A stretch of DNA of 63,949 bases, the filler included, from Asterionella formosa (lineage: Eukaryota): the NCBI GenBank assembly GCA_002256025.1. It is 14 parts of 14 records of this genome, joined end to end, with 100 filler letters (N's around TTAATTAATTAA, not from the genome) between each part and the next. Parts side by side here need not be neighbours in the genome. Positions count along the whole stretch, not along the records: positions 58,064 to 59,463 come from NKIB01002617.1; positions 59,564 to 60,963 come from NKIB01002619.1; positions 61,064 to 62,449 come from NKIB01002620.1; positions 62,550 to 63,949 come from NKIB01002621.1; 10 more parts are not named here. One strand, given 5' to 3'. The notes under the pieces were generated by a model. It was not told the origin of the DNA. It worked only from the letters and a program-made list of their open reading frames with translations, and did not search any database. Each line of letters begins with the position of its first letter. Position 1 is the first letter of the stretch. Below, in pieces: positions 58,064 to 63,949 of this stretch. Both the position numbers and the translations under genes were made by a program.

Positions 58064-59463
58064 CTTCCTGAAATCCATCTCAAATGCTCCTCCTTGGGTA
58101 CAGCAATGACGTCACTGGCTGAGCATGTATTGGAAATTATCTCGTGGCGTATTTTTTCTTCAATTTGCCTTAACATGCGCCCTTTAACTATATACGTTTG
58201 CTCTGGGACAATGTTGTTTGTTAAGAACTGAGAATCCATATCCGTGTGTCCATAGGTAGGGACATTTGGGGAATTCTCGACTGGCACTTGGTGAGGTACA
58301 AGAATGGAGGGGTGTGACTGCTGATTATGGGTTTGCACTTGATCTAATCCTCGAACCCCTATACTTTGCGGTAAAGGATACGTAGGTACCAGGAACTCCT
58401 CATTCTCGAGTGGCACATGCTGAGGTACAAGAATGGAGGGGTGCGACTGCTGACTTTGAGGTTGCAGTTGATCTAATCTTCGAACCCCTGTATTTCGAAG
58501 TAAAGATAACGATGGTACCAACAACTCCTCTGGCATACTAGGGGTGGCGACCTTGTTGTTATCAATGTCGTCAGCATGAAGTGGGTGACATGAATCTGAA
58601 ACCGTTGATGGTGCTCTTCTGCCTGTAACATCCTCTGCTACTGGGAGCATTTCTTCTGTGGACTCATCAAAAGAGTCTATGGACTCCGATTCAAAAAAAG
58701 CAGGTCCTCTTACTGGGAAAGCTCCTGGTCTTACTGAATTGGGTAAAACGCTGTGTAGTGCAGGAGCAAAGTATGATACTGATGATTTGGGTTCCACTCT
58801 GTCTGATGCAGGAGCAAAGCCTTCTGAAGCAGGAGCAAAGCCTTCTGAAGAAAAGGTGGAATTTGATTTGTTGTTGCCATCTCCCAGAGAAGAGTTAAGT
58901 AGTTTTTCTGCATTGCACTCAGCCTGCCATCGCTCTCTAGTGATTTGTAGGCGTGCCTGAACTTCTTCGGCCTTATCCCATTGTTTATCTTCCATGGCTG
59001 CCTTAAATTCACCACGCAAATCAGATGTAGCAGAGCCAAGCATCTCGATTGAAGGAAGATGATCTCGCTTGCTCTGAAGCCAACAAATTTTACCATGAGT
59101 TATCTTAGCGCTACAAACGTCTTCATCTGCAATTGCCTTTGCTAAAGCAACTTTAAGCTTGTGAATTTCCGATTCAAGCTCTGCCCTACTTCCATGTTCC
59201 TCCTGCTTTCCTTCATCGGTACTGATCCCAAAATCAGTTAAAGCCTGTCGTTCGATCTTAATTTTGGCCTTCAAGGATACGCGTTGTTCTTTCAGTCTGT
59301 TTGCAGTATTGTAGTCTTCCGCTTGGATAGCAAGTTCTAAGTCCGAGGCCGTTGAGGCAGCTAATGAAATCAAAGATTCAAGATCAGGCATGGACTCTCG
59401 CACAAAATTGATTTCATCAATGATATCTTTGCATTCTTTGGCATACAGAAAATCTTCGGCCTT
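58064..59463 (-). CDS. Partial protein with repeated UVR (UvrB/UvrC-motif)-like helical hairpins and a disordered repeat region
   Basis: Open across the whole contig: KAEDFLYAKECKDII, LELAIQAEDYNTANRLKEQR, LAKAIADEDVCSA and FKAAMEDKQWDKAEEVQARL, then RPGAFPVRG and a 43-aa tandem duplication. Confidence 0.72.
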
Positions 59464-61063
59464 NNNNNNNNNNNNNNNNNNNNNNNNNNNNNNNNNNNNN
59501 NNNNNNNTTAATTAATTAANNNNNNNNNNNNNNNNNNNNNNNNNNNNNNNNNNNNNNNNNNNNACATTAACACATGTAGTTATGAAAATTCGCTCTCTTA
59601 TAATACGTATGTACAGCAAGGTTGGGATCGTTCCTTCCATTCATTTTGGTACTGGTACCACTGCTACTCGAATTCATACCTATTCCTCTACCGGTATGTT
59701 TCGAAATACATGTGCCGGTAGTCACAACTTTCCAAAGCTACATATTGTATCAAATGATACCTGCCGTAGTCTCCTGGTACCACTTACCTGGTTTTGCTGA
59801 AACTAAAGATTTAGCTTTCTTTATCCCAGATTAAAATGTTCGTTTCAGCGAAATGACCGCAACTTGCAAGGTATCATAGAAGCAAACCCTTTTCACCATT
59901 TTGATTGGACGATACCTTGCGATCGTCGTTTGGTGCATGATATTCTGACCAGTACATGTCACACTATGTTATGAAAACAGCTGTGCCTGTTGGGAAATAG
60001 ATGGTAGGAGTTGTACCAGGTACCACCTACCTGTGTCGCTTTGACTTCCAGGACAGTGTCGCGTTGGAGTAAGTATGCATGCTCGACCAGATTTTTGGAC
60101 CACGTCATCCTTTCCGCCGAAACTGCAAACATGGGGGTTCTTCTTTGTTTCTACGTAGGCGAGTTCCGCTTGTCAACTCCGTATTTTTGTACCAGGGACT
60201 AGATATGTATGTACCATAAATAATGCCCACAAATAATGATGACGACGACAATAGTGGTGATGCGGCAGACAATTTATCCCAATCATCGTCGGAGTTGCAT
60301 GGTATCATGGATTCACATGTAACATTGAATTTTTGTTAAAACGGTATAATGATAACAACAGTATCGATTTATTTACTGTTACCAATGCCGCAGGAGCTCA
60401 AAAGTGCGTTGGTGTCCTGGTAGAATAACGGTATTTTGCATGTATTGTTAGGCTGGCATGATTGTCATAATGTACATGGCAGGAACAGGTACTGTACCTG
60501 GTAGTACTGTACATTTCATACAGAACAAATACCAAGTACAAGGGTTACCTGACACTCCAATCAAAAGCATTGATTTATTATCGCCTCGCCGACATACTAT
60601 TAGAGCGAGCTTGTGCTATGTTAAGAATCAAGCATGACAGTGCCTAAATATTGATGACAAGAATCATAGTTAATATTGATTCCTAAAAAGGGATGTCCAC
60701 AGTCATGCAACCATTGCCATGTCAAACATTTGTATTTGTGGGGTACGGTTGATTTAGTCTCTGTATCAATTAGAGGCAAAAGTTCTCCTTTGGGTTTCAC
60801 CAAAATTTTGTGTGTGAAGCCAGTCTAAACTGCCTGCAGCACTCATTCCTCACATCTTCTTTATCATTGCATTCACAAGGAGGAAGAGAGATGGAAATGG
60901 GCAACTGCGTGAAAATAGTCTAGTGGACAATGATGCATTGCCTTTGCAAGGAGGAAAAGAGATNNNNNNNNNNNNNNNNNNNNNNNNNNNNNNNNNNNNN
61001 NNNNNNNTTAATTAATTAANNNNNNNNNNNNNNNNNNNNNNNNNNNNNNNNNNNNNNNNNNNN

Positions 61064-62249
61064 TAATCATTTTCGAATTCAAACTGGTTAAGGAATCATC
61101 TACAACTTGCAGAATGATTGTTGATGTTTTGTTTGTCTTCAAAATGAGGGCTTCAATGCGCTTAACAACTAGCTTGATTCTTGAAAATCTTTTGCTTTCT
61201 GCTTGAGTGAAATTGAAACGCCATTGGTTTTTGAATTTCGCTTCTAGCTGAAAAATGCCGCCCTGGAAACACCCTTGATTATTATTGTGATCAAGGAAGT
61301 GTGTACCAAACCATTCATGCCAAATCGACAGGCAGCTCAAATGATTCTAATAGAGTTCATACCTTGGAAATCCATTTTCATTTTTCTTCATGTGAATGGC
61401 ACTAACAGATGTTGAAACCCTTTGATCATTCAAAGATCTATTACTTTGTATTGATGATGAGGACTGTGCAGAGGATGAAAAATCGAAGGATGACAAATGA
61501 TTCAAAAGAGACTGTAAGTGTTGTGGTCGAACTAAGCCATCAACTCTATCGTTCAACTGTGAAAAGTTTGCTCTCATTTCAGAATGCAAATTTGTAAATC
61601 GATCTCTGACACCAGGTAAAATAGAGTCAATTCTCATCAAAAGACAATATCGATCACGTAAAGATGCCACTGAATAAATGGATGATAACGAATTTTTTTG
61701 AAAGAAAAAATCTTCAAGTCTTGGTATATCTTGAGCAGCAGTATATGGCGTGAATTTACTTGTCAATTTTTCATCGAAATTGCTTTTCGCAACTTGTGTC
61801 TTTCTCATTTATACTGTCTTCAGCAATCTTTTGACACGGCCAGACATTAGTACTTCCTTGGGTATGTTGTTGCATCCTCCATCCCGTTGCTGTGCATGCA
61901 AATCTAGGATGGCTGATCGATATTGATTGAGTACACTATATCCAATTGGCTTGTCTGAAATCCAATCAGTGTTGGAAATTACAGATTCATAATCATCCTT
62001 TGAAAATTGTTCTTCCACAGGTTTACATTGACCTGGTCGTCCTCTGGGTCGCTGATGACGTCTTGATTGATACCATAAAAAGCCAAAGAACTTTTCTTCT
62101 GTCACTGTTGTAGATGGGATGCCATCCACCTTGGACGGAAAGGCATAACGAGAAAAATCAAGGAATTCTGCCATTTTTCTTCTATAGGCAAGAATGGTGT
62201 TTTCCGGACGACCAGCCTTATCGTCTGCTTTGAGCTGCGAATTTTCCAC
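61064..62249 (-). mobile_element. Crypton-like (Ndc10/Gcr1-type tyrosine recombinase) pseudogene with internal deletion
   Basis: One frame with two stops. N-terminal RPENTILAY...EFLDF...VTEEKFFGFL...NQYRSAILDLH and LRDRYCLLM; C-terminal GCR1_C-like SIWHEWFG...GGIFQLEAKFKNQWR...KRFSRIKLVVKRIE. Confidence 0.75.
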
Positions 62250-62559
62250 TTGTGTATGATATGCTTAAATTGGAATAAATGATGTTGGTAATTTGGGAGG
62301 AGGTTGTATAGATTATGTGGTAACGAATTCAATTCAAATGAAGAAGGGATGAGACAGGCAAAGAAGAACGAGAGTTTGGTTTTGGTTGTAACAAGATGAT
62401 GATAACAGCGAAATTTCAAACATTCATGATCACTGCCTGTGTAAACGGTNNNNNNNNNNNNNNNNNNNNNNNNNNNNNNNNNNNNNNNNNNNNTTAATTA
62501 ATTAANNNNNNNNNNNNNNNNNNNNNNNNNNNNNNNNNNNNNNNNNNNNTGAATTGACA

Positions 62560-63650
62560 TAAATACATTCCAAGTGCAAAGATTAGACAAATAACCATTG
62601 GATTGGGATAAGCAGGCCTTGAGAATCTTGACTGGTCACCTTTTAAATATTTATCCCTCAAAAGTGCTTGTTTTTGATCATCACAACGGCCATTGCAATG
62701 GCCATCACTTACCTTCTCTTATCTTTGCTCCTTAATGTGATCTTGTGGATTGCTTGTTCACTGCTGGTTCAAAAATTGTAGCTATGAGATGATGGTTCCT
62801 CGAGGGCGCTCATTCCAATTTAGTTTTGAGCGATTTTAACATTGGTTGTCAAGGCAACGCAAAGCAAACATTTTGAAATTACAAAGCAAAATGCCCAGGA
62901 CATTTGGTCTGAGAAGGAGGAATGAACCATGAAAAGTTTGATGAACCTCAAAACTGCCAAGGAAGATAGTTAATGCTATAATATTATTAATAACATACAT
63001 TAGTAAGTGGAAAGGATTAATAAGTTCAATTATATCGCAGCATTATGAATCATATGTGGTTGAGAACAAGTATGTTCATTGCTTTGGTCCATCTTTCTTT
63101 GTCTACTTCGCAACAATTATATTAAAGTATGTATGGCCATTAGTGGAGACCAATATGCAATGCATTCAAGATTTAGTTGCCTTTCTTTTTTCCTTCCTCG
63201 TCCAAAGATGTTTACAAACAGAAATTATAGTGGTACATCAAATATGTTGAGCCCACTCAATTTCAGAAATGAATTTGCGTGGGTAAATGTTCCTGTTTCA
63301 ACAAACAATAAAGGAGGACCAACATTCTCATAACATCAATCTTGTATCCTTGATTGATGCAAGGCATTCTCTTGTCACCACGAAAATCAATCCTCTCAAT
63401 TCCAAGACTCTCTTATCAATTGCATCATTTTAAATTACTTCGAAATGGATCAAATCCTTCTTGTACTTTTCGTTGAAACCTGTAGATATCTTTCTCCTTT
63501 CAATTTTTTGGTTGAAACTTGTAGACAGAATTCACCACAGCAAGCTTTTGGCAATTCTGACAAATCGCCTCTTCATGTTCAGACATGGGCATTGGATTTA
63601 TGCTGACGGACAAGGAGTACCTTTAGTGCCTTGCTTGTTAGTATTGTTAC
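62560..63650 (-). pseudogene. Decayed coding remnant, family not identified
   Basis: Stop-ridden protein-like text (NSVYKFQPKN*KEKDIYRFQRKVQEGFDPFRSNLK...ESLGIERIDFRGDKRMPCINQGYKID). Confidence 0.25.
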
Positions 63651-63949
63651 CATTCGTCGTGTTTCTTTCTATTCTTTCTCCCTTCGTCACTGAAAATCAA
63701 TTGCAAGTTCCCAACAAGCTCATGGAACATGGAACGAATGGTACTACCTGTCACCAAGAACATCTGAGACTCAATGAGGATGGCATTGCTGGTCGATCAT
63801 AGTTATAGCAAGGAGTTGATGGTGAAGATCAAACAATGACAAACAGAGGTATCATCATGGTGAGTGTAGCAATCAAGTGTGAGGCTGTGGCTCCTCAGTG
63901 CATGTGGCATGTATTTGTCAAGAGATTCATGATGGTTTATTATTAACAA

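Noticed and set aside
60621..60963. Minus-strand protein-like remnant (HCPLDYFHAV...ILVKPKGE...KCLTWQW)
   Set aside because: It is broken by stops and I cannot assign a family. It is on a different contig from the Crypton-like ORF.
22926..62549. Regularly spaced TTAATTAATTAA motif and about 1.5-kb periodicity
   Set aside because: This is an artificial linker inside N padding, and the pieces are near-equal in length. It is not biological, and no gene-neighbourhood inference can cross it.

Overview
This is eukaryotic nuclear DNA, most likely a pennate diatom. That is an inference from short GT-AG introns, CoDi-like copia elements, PTxxPT wall-type repeats and a bipartite-looking plastid signal. 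The window is not one locus. It is 14 pieces joined by 100-nt spacers (44 N + TTAATTAATTAA + 44 N): two 22,925-nt scaffolds (1-22925, 23026-45950) and twelve contigs of about 1.4 kb, so adjacency across spacers means nothing. Scaffold 1 holds two divergent paralogues with a shared C2-like domain flanking an OSR1/SPAK-like STE20 kinase, a secreted PTPWPT-repeat protein, a decayed IS630/Tc1-like transposon and several tandem repeats. Scaffold 2 holds a DUF1769-PH-DUF547 protein, an ATPase-domain-only Hsp70, a 2OG-Fe(II)-like protein, APC2, VPS16, a PhyH-family dioxygenase and the 3' end of a copia element. The small contigs are mostly transposon pieces (pogo-like, copia gag twice, Plavaka-like, Crypton-like), plus the 3' end of RPL11 and a UVR-repeat gene. 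The most notable unannotated signals are two families of tRNA-headed SINE-like elements (six copies, four with clear target-site duplications), a Crypton-like ORF lacking its catalytic core, and recurrent GGTACC/CCWGG motif clusters in intergenic DNA. No database search was run; all family calls rest on motif recognition.
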